This document shows positions 48,901 to 60,852 of a stretch of DNA of 64,000 nt, one piece after another (position 1 is the first letter of the stretch; each line of letters starts with the position of its first letter). This stretch comes from Adineta vaga (taxonomy: Eukaryota > Animalia > Rotifera), in the NCBI GenBank assembly GCA_021613535.1, contig CP075493.1, positions 3,100,001 through 3,164,000 on the forward strand. Reading direction: 5' to 3'. The notes beneath the pieces were generated by a model. That model saw only the letters and a list, made by a program, of their open reading frames with translations, was not told the origin of the DNA and did not search any database. Made by a program: the position numbers and the translations under genes.

Positions 48901-49491
48901 GTAGAGTATAAGAAAAAGAGAAGAAATTGAGAAATGCAATGCCTTTCTTTTCCACTTGAAGAAAAATAACAATATGTTCAAGTAGGAAGTCCAGTACTTC
49001 TGCTTTGATTTAATTATTTAGAAAAAAGAATTCAGTAGAGCATGCCAATCATGAGTTCTTTTTCTTTCAAAGTAATCCATAGATGAAAAAAAAATGTCTT
49101 TGACGTACATCAACAAGTTTTCTTTCGTAGATAAAAAAAAAAAGAATTCTAGTTTTATTAAATTTTACTACATATTAATGATGGATTAATACGTGTTTTC
49201 TATGAAATGTCTTTGTGCACCTGTAAAAATAGTGACAAAGAAAACCTATTGATATATACATATAAGTCATGTACACCACTTATGTTTTGTCATGAATTGG
49301 TTATTTATTAACATTTCAAGTATAGTCTTTTCTTCTTAGAATATCTGTGTAGGAGTGATATATGGATTTGATCGTGTCAAATTGAATATAGTCAGATTGA
49401 ATGTTATTGAAAAGAACTTATGAGAATTAAATAATGTAATTACATACATTAGAAGTCTGTAGGAACTAAAAAGTCAAAGTAATTTCTATTG

Positions 49492-50710
49492 TTATTTCTT
49501 CTTCTTCTTCTTTCGTTTTTGTTTAAAATATCGAATAGTTGTTCCTCTCCACCAAGCTTGAATTCGTTTAATAGCTTCTTCTTTTTGTTTTTGTTGTTCT
49601 AATAAAACTTTTTCATGAATCTTCATTTGATTGTATTCATCAACGATTATTTTCATTCGTTGATATTCATCATACATATCTTGTCGTTGTCGTTTTAATT
49701 GATTAAATTCATGTCGAAATTGTATCAATTCTCTTTCGAAACGATATGTTTCGTTTTGATAATGTTCATACCATTTTTTACTCTGAAATTTCATTTCATT
49801 GCTTTGTTTTATAAAAATTTTGATTGTTTCTTGATGAACAAATTCTGTTTGTTTCAAAATTGTTTCATAAGAATGAATTGTTTTCAACGAATTTTCTTCC
49901 ATGTGTGATAACATCGTGTCCATTGTTGAATATGATTCGTTTTCCAATCATTTGCATAACGTTGAGCTATTTTAGAACGATATTTTTCTTCCATAAAATG
50001 ACTTGTTAGTTGAAATTTAATTTGTTGAGATTGATCAGTTTGAAAATGTTTTCTAATAGAAGTTAATTCGTTAATTTTAGTTTGAGATATATTCAAACGA
50101 TTGTTTAGTTCATTTAATTGAATAGATGGTAAATGATTATGTATATGAAGAATAGAAGTTTCCAGATCAGTTTGAGATTCAAAAAGTAAAGCATGAAATA
50201 GTAGAATAAGAATATGAAAGAAATATTGAATTTTCTTATCATTGAAAATTATTGGCGAAGATGATAATCGGAAATCATCGGAATCGATATTTTCGAATTG
50301 AAATTTACTATTATTATTATTATTATTATTCTGATTGAAAGAAGTTATTGACAATGCATTATGAATGATATTGAGTTGATCAAAAGCATCTTCGAAAACC
50401 ATGGCTAATTCATATGCATGGATCTTCATTCGATTTGATGATGGAATGGAAGAGGGTTGATCTACAAAAGGTTGAAATAGATGAATTTATTCATCATGCA
50501 AGTGTCACGCGAAGATATTTTCTTTGTCGGATATTGATTGATTGATTGATCGAAATAAAGTATCTATAGAACTAACGAATACTTAGATCATGTATTCAAT
50601 CTCATACCATTTATTTCGGTCTGTGAATGAGTCATCCATTGACTATTCATTTGTGGTGTCATTTCCAAATCAAATATATGTTTATCAAATTTATTTAAGA
50701 TTGTATTCAT
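49492..50710 (-). pseudogene. IQCG: IQCG/DRC9-like coiled-coil IQ-motif protein with a 1-nt frameshift near 49945 (pseudogene or assembly error); 5' exons uncertain
   Basis: VFEDAFDQLNII, long coiled coil and C-terminal IQ motif AIKRIQAWWRGTTIR with a basic tail. Two overlapping ORFs (49884-50429 and 49492-49947) join if one base is added at TGG[G]AA AAC. Confidence 0.65.
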
Positions 50711-51758
50711 CACTCTAATATATATATATATTAAATTATTCAATTAGAACATCTTCAGTTAACGTGTAGTTCAGACTTACGGAATATAATCGACTGATAC
50801 CATTGTAAACTATATATTTCAGAAAAATATGATAAATTCAGGCGCCTTCTTGCATAGTCATATTTCAACTCAATTAGCCTACGTGAAATATAACATCTTT
50901 CCTTTTTTTCATCGATTTATTCAAAAGTAATGATCACACCGACGTCTATCCATTTGTTGTCTGTATCTTTTTGTCTCTCTCTCTCTTAAAGATTTTCTTT
51001 CGTGTAAATAACATTCAGAAAAAGAAAGCACATAATTGAGTGTAATAAATGAAGAGAAAAATCTTATGTGTGTATCTATGACAATGAACAGAGAAAAAAT
51101 AATGGATCGTACAAGAACATAAGGGTTTTTAAAAAGACCAAAAATGAAGAGTGTACATATATATATATTTATGTGTGAACAAGAAATTGTACAAGAATAG
51201 TAAAATATGTGCAGGCATATGTAATAGATATATTTGTAAACCAAACGAGAACTTGTTGTTGATCTCATCATCACAGAAGAAGAAGAAAAAAGAATGTCCT
51301 CACATAAGTATTTGATGAATTCGTATATACATAGAGACGAAGGAATGGGAGTAAACAACAATTAGAAGATCAAGAAAAAGTAAAGAAGGATGAACTCAAG
51401 ATGAGAACAAAAAAATAAATAAATAATATACATCAACATCACCACGTTAAACGTGATGGAAGTTGAAACTATCTATCAAAGTAATTCAAAATCGAACTCA
51501 TGGAGACGAGAAATGACCGTAGAAATAGTTCTAATCTAGAAAACATTGTTTTCTTTTTCCACAAAAGGACAATATATATATATATATATATGTGTGTATG
51601 TGTGTGTTTGTGTGTATAGATAGATTGATATATAGATATAAAGGCATCAAGAGAGAGAGAGAGAGACACGATTGACAGCAAAGAAAAAGAAACGTCACGC
51701 GGGCAAAGAAAAATGGAGTAGTAGAAAATAAACAAGCACATATACGAATATCGTCAGT

Positions 51759-54700
51759 TCATCCTTTTACTTTTTGTCCTCCAGATGAATTAAATGATCC
51801 ATTAGGTGTTCCATTTGACTCTCGACAACCATTTTGTATAGGCATTGGAGTTGCACTTTTACTTGGTGGTGATGGTTCAATCGCTGCAGTATTATTGTTA
51901 TTATCGTCTATCATTGGATAACAATCACGACAAACACGTACGGCACGAGAATTCAATGCTGGAATAATTTTATAATAATTCGCACAACTATTACAGAATA
52001 CATTGCCACATTCTGAAAAGAAAAGAAAATATTGTCTTAAATATGTATTTAATGAGGGAAAATCCTACTTCGACAATGATGTTTTCGTGAAAAAGGCCAT
52101 TGTTGAAATTTTGAATGACATGAATGACATGTATGAACATTGAAATCGGGCATCCAACGTGTCACAGTTCCTTCTGTATTATCAATTTTTTGCCATGATG
52201 CACATGACGATGTTTCAACACTATTTATATTACTTTGTGATATGGTATCCATCCTTGGTGATGTGTTCTATTAAAGAGGAAAAAAACAAATTTAATTCGA
52301 AGAAAAATGAAGAAGAAAATCAACAAACATGATTATTATTAGTAGTACTAGTATTGTTAAATTTGATCAATGTATGAACGAATTTTTGCATTCGTCGCAT
52401 ATGTTCATGAAGACTTTCGATCTGTTGGACATATGCTCGTTCTTTTTCTAACATTCGGGATGTAATTTGATCAGGAATTTTCGTTAAACCATCGACATCA
52501 ATACGTTTTCGAACAGATTTTATTGTTTTATTCGACGTTGACGATTGAGTATGGGGTATCTAGATAGAAGAAAAAGATGTATTATTCGTTTGTGATAGAA
52601 AAACAAAACAAACAATTCGTTGAGGTTGATTAGGATCTTGTGAATTGATTTTTGTTAATGACCATGCTTCAGATAAACCTGAACCTGTACTTGATGTTGA
52701 ATTTGTATGTTTTCGTGGCCGTGACATTGTTCGTAAGATATTATCAACACTGCTAACATTCAATGGAAAACGTTGGAAAGATAATGCTAATTGAGTTATA
52801 TCTGGTGCAGAATCATCTGTTGCAAAACTTTGTCGTTTCGCTTGATTATCTGGACTATCATGACCGTTTGTATTAGGTAGAGTAACAGTTGATGGTGGAG
52901 TGATATTATTTGTATTCGGTGTTGTAGGAGTTGATAAACCATTAATAGGATTATTGGTCATGTTATGATTACTACCATTGAGTGTACCAAGATGATGTGG
53001 TGGACCAAATAAACTATTTGTAGATGTAGAATTTTGTAAACGATTTGATTGATTGGAATTTGTGGATGTTGTATTGGTATTATTTGCATTTCCAGTACGA
53101 ATGGTAATCGAAGATGATTCTAGACTTGCTGAACCACTTAAACTTGGATCGGATGTTGATCGATGTAGACCAGTTGTTAATGATGTTGAAAGATCTTCAT
53201 ATGATTGTAAATGACCAGGTACTAAAGATGATGAAGATGAAGGATGTTCAGATGAACCAGCAGGTGTATAACGAGTATCACGTAGATATAAATTTGACCA
53301 TATACGTAAATCACGAACTGAATATGATGGATATAAAACCTTGGTAAAAAAAACAAACAAATAATATGCTTTGATTGACAAATATATATAGACAATCATC
53401 TTACTTCTTTTCTTGTCTCATCAAATAAATGATTAATAAATTGTGTTGATTTTATATTTAATAAACTCCAAACACTTAATGTTCGTGTCTCTAAATTGGC
53501 TGTTGTTCGTTCAAAATCTGTATTACATAAAAATGTACCATGTAAACAAGTATATGTATGTGTTGCTAATTTGAGCTAAAATAAAAAAAACAAATTCTAT
53601 TCACAAACACGAATTTTTTTTTCTACATCGTATCTTACAAGAAACATTTCATTGAATTCAAATGCAACTGGATTTTGAGTAAATAATTGATAGATACAAT
53701 CTAACCATTGAAGAAATACAGGACTTCGTTCATTAGGATCATTTGCACCAATACCATGACCGCATCGATCACCAAATTTATGTCCGAATGCAACCCATTC
53801 CCGTTGTATTAAAATTTGAAAACCTTCTATTGTTCGATAATATGAATCAAGCATAATTTCAGCTAATGTTGTTATTTGTGGTGTTCGATCCCAACCATCT
53901 GAACAATGCACAAGGACAGGTCTACTCTGTTTATCGACAGTTGCAACTACAAAAGATGCAGCACCTATTAATGCTGATAGATTATGTAACCATCTTGTCG
54001 ATTCTAATTGTGAAAGCCAACTAAACAAGAAATCGAACAATTAAAATCTTCTATATTTTCATTCATCAAACTTACTTTTCACCTTGTGCTGCATTTGCAA
54101 TAGCAACACGTAACATTTGGGCACTTTTACGAATAGCATGAATATTTGGTAGATTCATAAATTGTACATCACAATCGGTATAATACGGTGGATATTCAAA
54201 ACCACCGCCTTTGGCACGATTAGCAATTGCTGCAGCATAACTTCGTGCATCAAGAATTAATAAACGATTGGAACTATTTTCACCTAGAAAAGAAATTAAA
54301 TATGTTTTTTTTTCTTCTTTTAATTCATGTTTATTTCATTGAGTTTTACTAACGAGAAACGGAATCATTTGTTGCAATATTACAAGCATTAATGATTGCT
54401 TGGATCATTTTTTCATCTTCTTTCGAACGCCAAAATAACCAACCAATTTCAGGTTGACTTGTTCGAGCAATAACTGCACCATTACAATGTCTATTAGAAA
54501 AGAAGAAAAAACAAAAATGATCGTTACTTTCGAAAATGTTCGCATAAGAAATCTTTTCATTACCTCCAAACAATCGTAGGAAATCGCCGATAGGATCTAA
54601 ATTTTGCAACTTCACCAATTTCTTCATCAGTTATCGAAGATGGAACAACACAAAATTCCGGGTAACTAGTACACAATTTATAATTATGATTAATTTCTGT

Positions 54701-55303
54701 TAATCTCCAAGGATATGCATCCAATTGTAAACGTATTAATTCATCTTGAAAATGATCACGTAATGAACGTTCTTGATTTGGTAAAGATGAAGCAAATTTA
54801 ATTGCAAATAAATCGTCTAAACAAGTTGGAATTGAAATTGATTCAGTTAATTTTCTTAACCAATAACAACATTTTTCTGTTGTAAAAAATGTTAAACGAA
54901 ATGAACGAATATCTTTACATTGTATGAATAAATAATTATCTTTAATTTCAACTATATCAATTAAACGTATGGGACAATTAATAAATGAACAACACGATTG
55001 ATTTGTAAATATAAATAAACGATATGTTGTTAAATAAATAATTCCATCGGATAAATCTGTTCCATGTTCAATATATTCTTCTCCAGCTAGGAAATCAAAT
55101 GGTAATTCATTTAAATCAATTGAACGTTTATTCATTTTCTCAATAGGTAATTCATTGGATATAACTGGAAAGGATTGTAATGGTGATAATGTTGTACATA
55201 AGGATTCTGAAGGTTGTTCGATTGGAATACTGTTTGATACTTCACACAAATGCATATCTTCTTCTTCAACCATAGTCACCGGTGATGGAACTCCGACAAC
55301 CAT
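51759..55303 (-). CDS. MTMR3/MTMR4: Myotubularin-related phosphatase MTMR3/4 (PH-GRAM, PTP, coiled coil, FYVE), multi-exon
   Basis: GIIYLTTYRL, YKLCTSYP, FRSYRRFP, catalytic VLVHCSDGWDRTPQ, FGHKFGDR, FYVE WMPD..C..C...SRKHHCRKCGNVFC..C..VRVCRDC. Confidence 0.95.
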
Positions 55304-57240
55304 TTTGTATTCTTTAAAATAGATATGAAAGAGTTTTATTCTAGAAAATCAATTTTACATAAACATCTAAAACAAAGATTAAAAAACCCAATGAATTCAA
55401 CCTTCAAAATATAAACCATATGATCGTCTGATATGATGTTTTAATAATGAGTCACGTCTAGACAATCGTTTTGTTTTATCCTATACCGTAATATTTACAT
55501 TACATACATGTTTTTCTTTTCCTATAGATTGACATTACTTCCAAGTGTGTTTTAATCACCAATTAAAACGAAAGAAAAATTTCAATGGAAAAAATGCTTT
55601 GATAAATGATAAAAAAAAATAAACGAAATAATCATATGAAAACAAAAGTAACTTGTTTTTTGTGTCTTAAGAAGAGGTGTGAGGGGGATGGGATGGTTGG
55701 GGTTGAGAAAAAGCGTTAGATAAGTGAATCATTTGATCATTGTGTTGATTTTGTTCAACCAATCGAATAGAGGTAACTAAGATCAACAAAAGTTTTTCTA
55801 TAAAAGATTATTTTCCTATTCTCTTCGAATATTATTTGAAAATTTTACGTTAAATTATCATATGTAATTGAGTACAATCAGTGACATCTATATTTCATCG
55901 CTCAAATGATGACCAATCGTGAAGAGTGATGTAAGACAGCTGATATGGGTAATAACGAACATCGGTCAGATGTCATGGGAATGCGAAAGAATGTTCTATG
56001 CATGCGTCATAAAACAAATTTGAAACCATGGAAAAGAAACGAAATGATAAGATAACATATTGTTAAATTATCATAATAGAATCAAAACATACTAAAATTA
56101 AATGTATAAAATATGACGGTTAATGAAGTGGGAACATTTCCAATGGATATTATTTCGTTCTTTCCGATATAGACGTAATCATATACTTTAAATTTAATTA
56201 ATTTCGAGAGAAAAATACATGTGTCGATCATAAGTAATACGCGTCGTGATACAAATCTACTCTATGTGTTAGCTCATGAATAGTATCGATTTAGCACGAC
56301 TGATTCAATGATGATTCTAGCAAATCAGAAATGAAATTCGTCTAAAATAATTGACATACTTCAGACAAATGTTTTCACTAGGTTCGTATATCAATCAATG
56401 ATATGCTTTTGTCATAGTCGATTCCATTTAAATATTTTATGTCAAACCTATAGAAGTAATATGTTGATATTATTTTTGAATAACAATCACATGACATTTT
56501 AAGTAAACTTCATCTTATTTGTTGAATGATAAATCATCATAGTTTTCAGTCGTATCTCTCTATATTGACAGTTTAATATTACTTCAAAAATATTAATTCT
56601 ACCACTTTCTAATTTAATCACAAACTTATTTATTTTATCGTAGTAGTTTAATAACGAAATTGTAGTTACTAAACCTTTTCTTCTCTTTATATTTTGAATA
56701 GGATCAAAACAATCATATATTTAATTAGAAAAGAATCCATTCAAACTAAATTCTACTTATAATTCAATCAAAAATTTGATTCTCTCTCTATTACATAATC
56801 ATTTTGATTACCGCTGAGAGAATTTCTTAAACGTTTAACGCATCACATAATATTTAAAAGAGATTTTAACAAAAGAATAATCGTTTATTAAATACCATCC
56901 AAGAAATGAACTTGAAAGACAATTATTTAAACAACAAGATAAGAACATTAAGTAGTGGTATAAAAAGGCAGAGAAGGTAGTGGACGGTTCAATGAAGTAA
57001 AATAAGACGATGACATTGCCGATGAGAACAGGAAAAATTTGAACATTGGAAGCGATTTTAACTGATTCCATATGTAATTTTCATGAAACTTCATTAACGA
57101 GCAATAAAGATACATCAATATATAACTAAAAAACAATAGGAGATGACTTCATAAATATCCTATTTACAAATGTAACTGAAACGTGCAACTGTGATAAAGA
57201 CTTACTAGTAATCTTCAATATCGTCTTCATTCGAACAAAA

Positions 57241-57946
57241 TTACTTTTTACCACCTCCACCACCACCACCACCTCCGCCACCACCGCCTCCGCCAAAGCC
57301 ACCACCACCTCCGCCAAAGCTACCACCACCACCACCTGGACAACCAGGGGCACCGGGCATACCAGGGCTTCCAGAACTACCCCCTGCTCCACCATTACCG
57401 CCGGAACAACCGGAATTCAACCAATGCCACCTCCTCCACCGCCACCATTATTGCCATCGAAGAACCCGGCACCACTTCCTCTATTAAAAATAAAAGTAGG
57501 TCGAACAGGGGTACCTGAGCTACCTCCATTGCCGCCGGCACCACCAAAGCCGCCAGCTGTTCCAGGCATACCCGGGTTTCCAAAGCCACCTCCATTGCCA
57601 CCAGCACCACCAAAGCCACCAGATGTTCCAGGCATACCCGGGTTTCCAAAGCCACCTCCATTGCCACCAGCACCACCAAAGCCGCCAGATGTTCCAGGCA
57701 TACCCGGGTTTCCAAAGCCACCTCCATTGCCACCAGCACCACTAAAAATACAAAAATGAGCTTAAACATATTTCCCATCTACCACAATCTACACTTACCC
57801 AAGCTGTTGACCAGAAACCATGACTAGAAAGAAAAAATTAAACATAAAATATTTTTAAAACATTATGACGTATATTCCCTACCTTGAAACAAAAAATTTG
57901 CCATTATCATCAGCAGAAAAGTGATTCGAATGACGCTTGCCATCAT
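57241..57946 (-). CDS. Secreted glycine-rich protein A (exons 57946-57883, 57823-57799, 57741-57241; apparent 1-nt frameshift near 57419)
   Basis: Signal peptide MMASVIRITFLLMIMANFLFQ|VMVSGQQL, three GGAGGNGGGFGNPGMPGT(S/A)GGF repeats, stop after GGIG; the Gly-rich frame resumes shifted by one base and ends GGGKK*. Confidence 0.75.
57522..57741 (-). repeat. 66-bp coding tandem repeat (~3.3 copies)
   Basis: ccaggcatacccgggtttccaaagccacctccattgcc recurs at 57562, 57628 and 57694. Confidence 0.9.
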
Positions 57947-59104
57947 TTAATGCTTCACACCACTAATTTAAATAGTTGATGATTGCTGCACGTATTTAAA
58001 CGATAAGATCAATGAATCACCAATTATTTAATTACACTTCTCACCAACAATATTGTTTCGTACCAGTGAACAAACTGTGAACGATATCACGAAAAAGTGG
58101 AAAACCATCTGCTTTTATACAACTCTATACACCCACTCAAACACAGACATACAAAGGAATAGAGAGAGAGAGCGAAAGAGATGCACTCTTATCGAAATAT
58201 TCCGATCGGATAACAAAATATTCACATACAAAGAACGAAAGAAAATCATAAGCGTACAAACTGAACAGTTTTTCTTCACAATATTCATCGCCATAAATGT
58301 GTCAACAATCTTTCCAAAAATCCCATTTTTATATCTCGCACTCGCTCACTAACAAGATCTTGAGTTAATCGATAATTAAAATGCTTTTCTCTCGATATTT
58401 ATCAACATGTTTCGCCACTCATTGTCGATCTCTCGCAATTTGTTCACCTATCATCTATGTCAAAGTACAGACAATCATTCCATTCATCAGTTCAACATCA
58501 TCAACATTCTATTGCTTTTGAGATTGTTTTGTTCATCAGCAATTAATCGGTACTATATTTCGAAGTCGATCTTTCCTAGCATGCATAGAAATACGATCAG
58601 CATCTGGATCAAATCAACATTTCTCCAGGCTTCACATTCGTTAACAGTGCACATTTCGAACGATAGAGATCATCATCGTATTCACGATTATCTACGCGTG
58701 CATTTCTTTGTCACACGTGATTTTTCGACTGATGTATTTCCATGAATGATTTATTTTATTATCAGTACTTGCCGTATCTATCATCGCCCTATGATGTGCC
58801 AATGTCCACCGATTCGATGGACGTTTCACTCTCCCTTCCTCTCCTCCTGTTCTTTCTAGATTTTCTGCATTCTTCATTTTGTTTTACATTTTGAATGGTC
58901 AATTTGTTCGTGCAAAGTTCGATTCTCTTTCTCTTAGTTGTAAATACCGACGAAGAAAAGACATGATTTTTCTCTATCTCTCTCTTTCCTATTAATTGTT
59001 TTGACCTCGATATCTCTGTATGAGTCATGAATTCCCGTTATTTTTCCCTTTTCTTCTCTCTCTCTCTCTCTCTCTCTCTCGGATTTCTCTCCTTTGTGTT
59101 CACG

Positions 59105-59113
59105 TATATAAAA
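59105..59113 (+). promoter_or_regulatory. Candidate TATA box for peptide gene B (mirror copy near 61509-61517)
   Basis: tatataaaa about 120 nt upstream of ATG 59227, retained in both arms. Confidence 0.45.
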
Positions 59114-59226
59114 ACCCGTACTATTCTGCATTCGGATCATACGATACAATCCAATCGATCTTTCTCGTTTATTCAACCTCAATACATTAGTCAATTATCC
59201 TTCTCGTTTATCATCCAAACGTCACA

Positions 59227-59529
59227 ATGATACCCACTTTCTCTCGCTTTCTCTACTTGCTTGTTCTTGCATTATTGATCGTCTCGCAAGGTATGTTCGC
59301 ATAGTTTTCTTCATGTTCCACAATTTCTATGGATTGATTGTTTTTTTGTGTTTTAGTCATGGTACAAGCTGGAGTTACATCGTAAGTAGAATAACGATTT
59401 TTGGTCGAAGATTCACACCACTAACTCATGTCTCTGTGTTTTAGGGCTCGTGCTAAGCGTGGTGGCGGTGGTGGTGGTGGCGGAGGCGGTTGGGGCGGTG
59501 GCGGTGGTGGAGGTGGTGGTGGCAAGTGA
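59227..59529 (+). CDS. Secreted polyglycine prepropeptide B, 57 aa (exons 59227-59290, 59357-59381, 59445-59529)
   Basis: MIPTFSRFLYLLVLALLIVSQ|VMVQAGVTS|ARAKR-G10-W-G10-K*; canonical gtatgt/ttttag and gtaagt/ttttag introns; AATAAA run at ~59733-59750. Confidence 0.85.
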
Positions 59530-60852
59530 TGAAACAATTAGATGGAGACGATGTGTGAGGTGCGAGTTCGAACTACAAGCAAAATTCCAACATACATGGT
59601 CAATGTAATTATGTGCGACTGCAAACATCAAAACCTTTCATTCATGATCAACATCGTCTCCACTCATCTCATTTACATCTACACTCGCTGTAATGTTGTG
59701 TCGTGTAGTCAATTCGAGTCTTTTTCTTACTCAATAAATAAATAAATAAATAATTGTCATCATCACATATAAATACGTTTCTCCTGATTTTCGAATGAAT
59801 GCTAATTGAATCGTGTTGCTTGAACATGAAATAGAAGAATAGGATTGATTTCAGTGTACGTTACTTTTCTTATAGTGTATGCAGCATTAGACGATCAGAG
59901 GTAAACTGACAAACATCGAAGCCATTGAAAGAAATTTTGTTGGTATGTTTCATGTGCATGATGTATCAAACTCGGTTGCAAAATGGAATTCATAGAATGT
60001 TGACACGAATGTACTTTGAGAGTTGAAAGAGATGAAGTAAGAGAGATCGAAATGTATCAAATGTACAAAGCAAAAGTAGAATATGAAAGAGATGTCAGTA
60101 TACCTAGATCACTATGGCATATATGAACAATCACTATCAGTTGGCACATTGTGTTTTCGTACATTTATTATGTCTTGTCAAATTGATTGCCATTGAACAA
60201 CGAGAACTAAGTAACAAGTGAAGTTCGTGAAATGTTGTAAACATGAGGAATGAACTACAATTCAGTTGCATTTGACTTTTCTCAATCAACATTCGATGAC
60301 AACTGAATCGAACCGTTGTGGATAAGAATCAGAGTAAATGCGACAGATAAATTTCATTGTGTTTGTATGAGCAGTGAACAAATGGAATCAAATAAAGGTA
60401 TAAGAAAGAAAAAAGCAGAAATAGTTTGAATAAGATTCGTACGTTCCAAAGTATAAAACACATGTTCGTTTCCGCTTCTCGTAAGATTATTGGAACCAAC
60501 CGTTGAAAAGGAAGTAAAATATATTGTTTATTATTCAAACCAAGTGAAAAACAATTTCAAGTGTGATATTTTCATGGATTGTTATTTACATTTGGAAAAA
60601 AAAGTGTGTTTAAATTCCAATAAATGAAAATGGAGGAGAAGTAAGCTAACAACAATGTAAACAGTATTGATTGTACAACGAGCATTGCATCTAATAATCT
60701 GAAAAAGAAGTACAGAGCGACTAAGTCTGTCATTTGCTCGAGAGTGACATAATAACTACATCTTTTTGTAAACATACGAGCAGAACATCTTTCATCAGAT
60801 TATTCTGTGTTTTCGTCGACTTTCTTTTCTTTGCAAAATAGAAGAACTACTC

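Larger units (their letters stand above)
58045..59772 (+). repeat. Left arm of large inverted repeat (~1.73 kb)
   Basis: Reverse complement of 60853-62580 throughout, e.g. caacaatattgtttcgtaccagtgaac vs gttcactggtacgaaacaatattgttg. The ORF track shows near-identical mirror ORFs. Identity roughly 90-95% by eye. Confidence 0.95.

Noticed and set aside
45950-49450. Short ORFs and (GA)n/(TG)n/(CAG)n microsatellites upstream of PKC
   Set aside because: Low-complexity AT-rich intergenic or regulatory DNA; ORFs lack coding signatures.
49938-49950. Programmed -1 ribosomal frameshift in the IQCG-like gene
   Set aside because: No canonical X XXY YYZ slippery heptamer in frame and no evident downstream structure; an indel is simpler.
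57126-57778. Pro-rich (+) and Val/Ala-rich (-) ORFs overlapping gene A
   Set aside because: Antisense and shifted-frame shadows of GGN codon repeats; only the Gly frame links to the signal-peptide exons.
58053-59230. Short ORFs apparently conserved in both palindrome arms (e.g. 58407-58745/61972-62205, 58789-59028/61584-61823)
   Set aside because: Similarity is explained by the DNA duplication; one pair is broken by a stop/indel and none has recognisable motifs.
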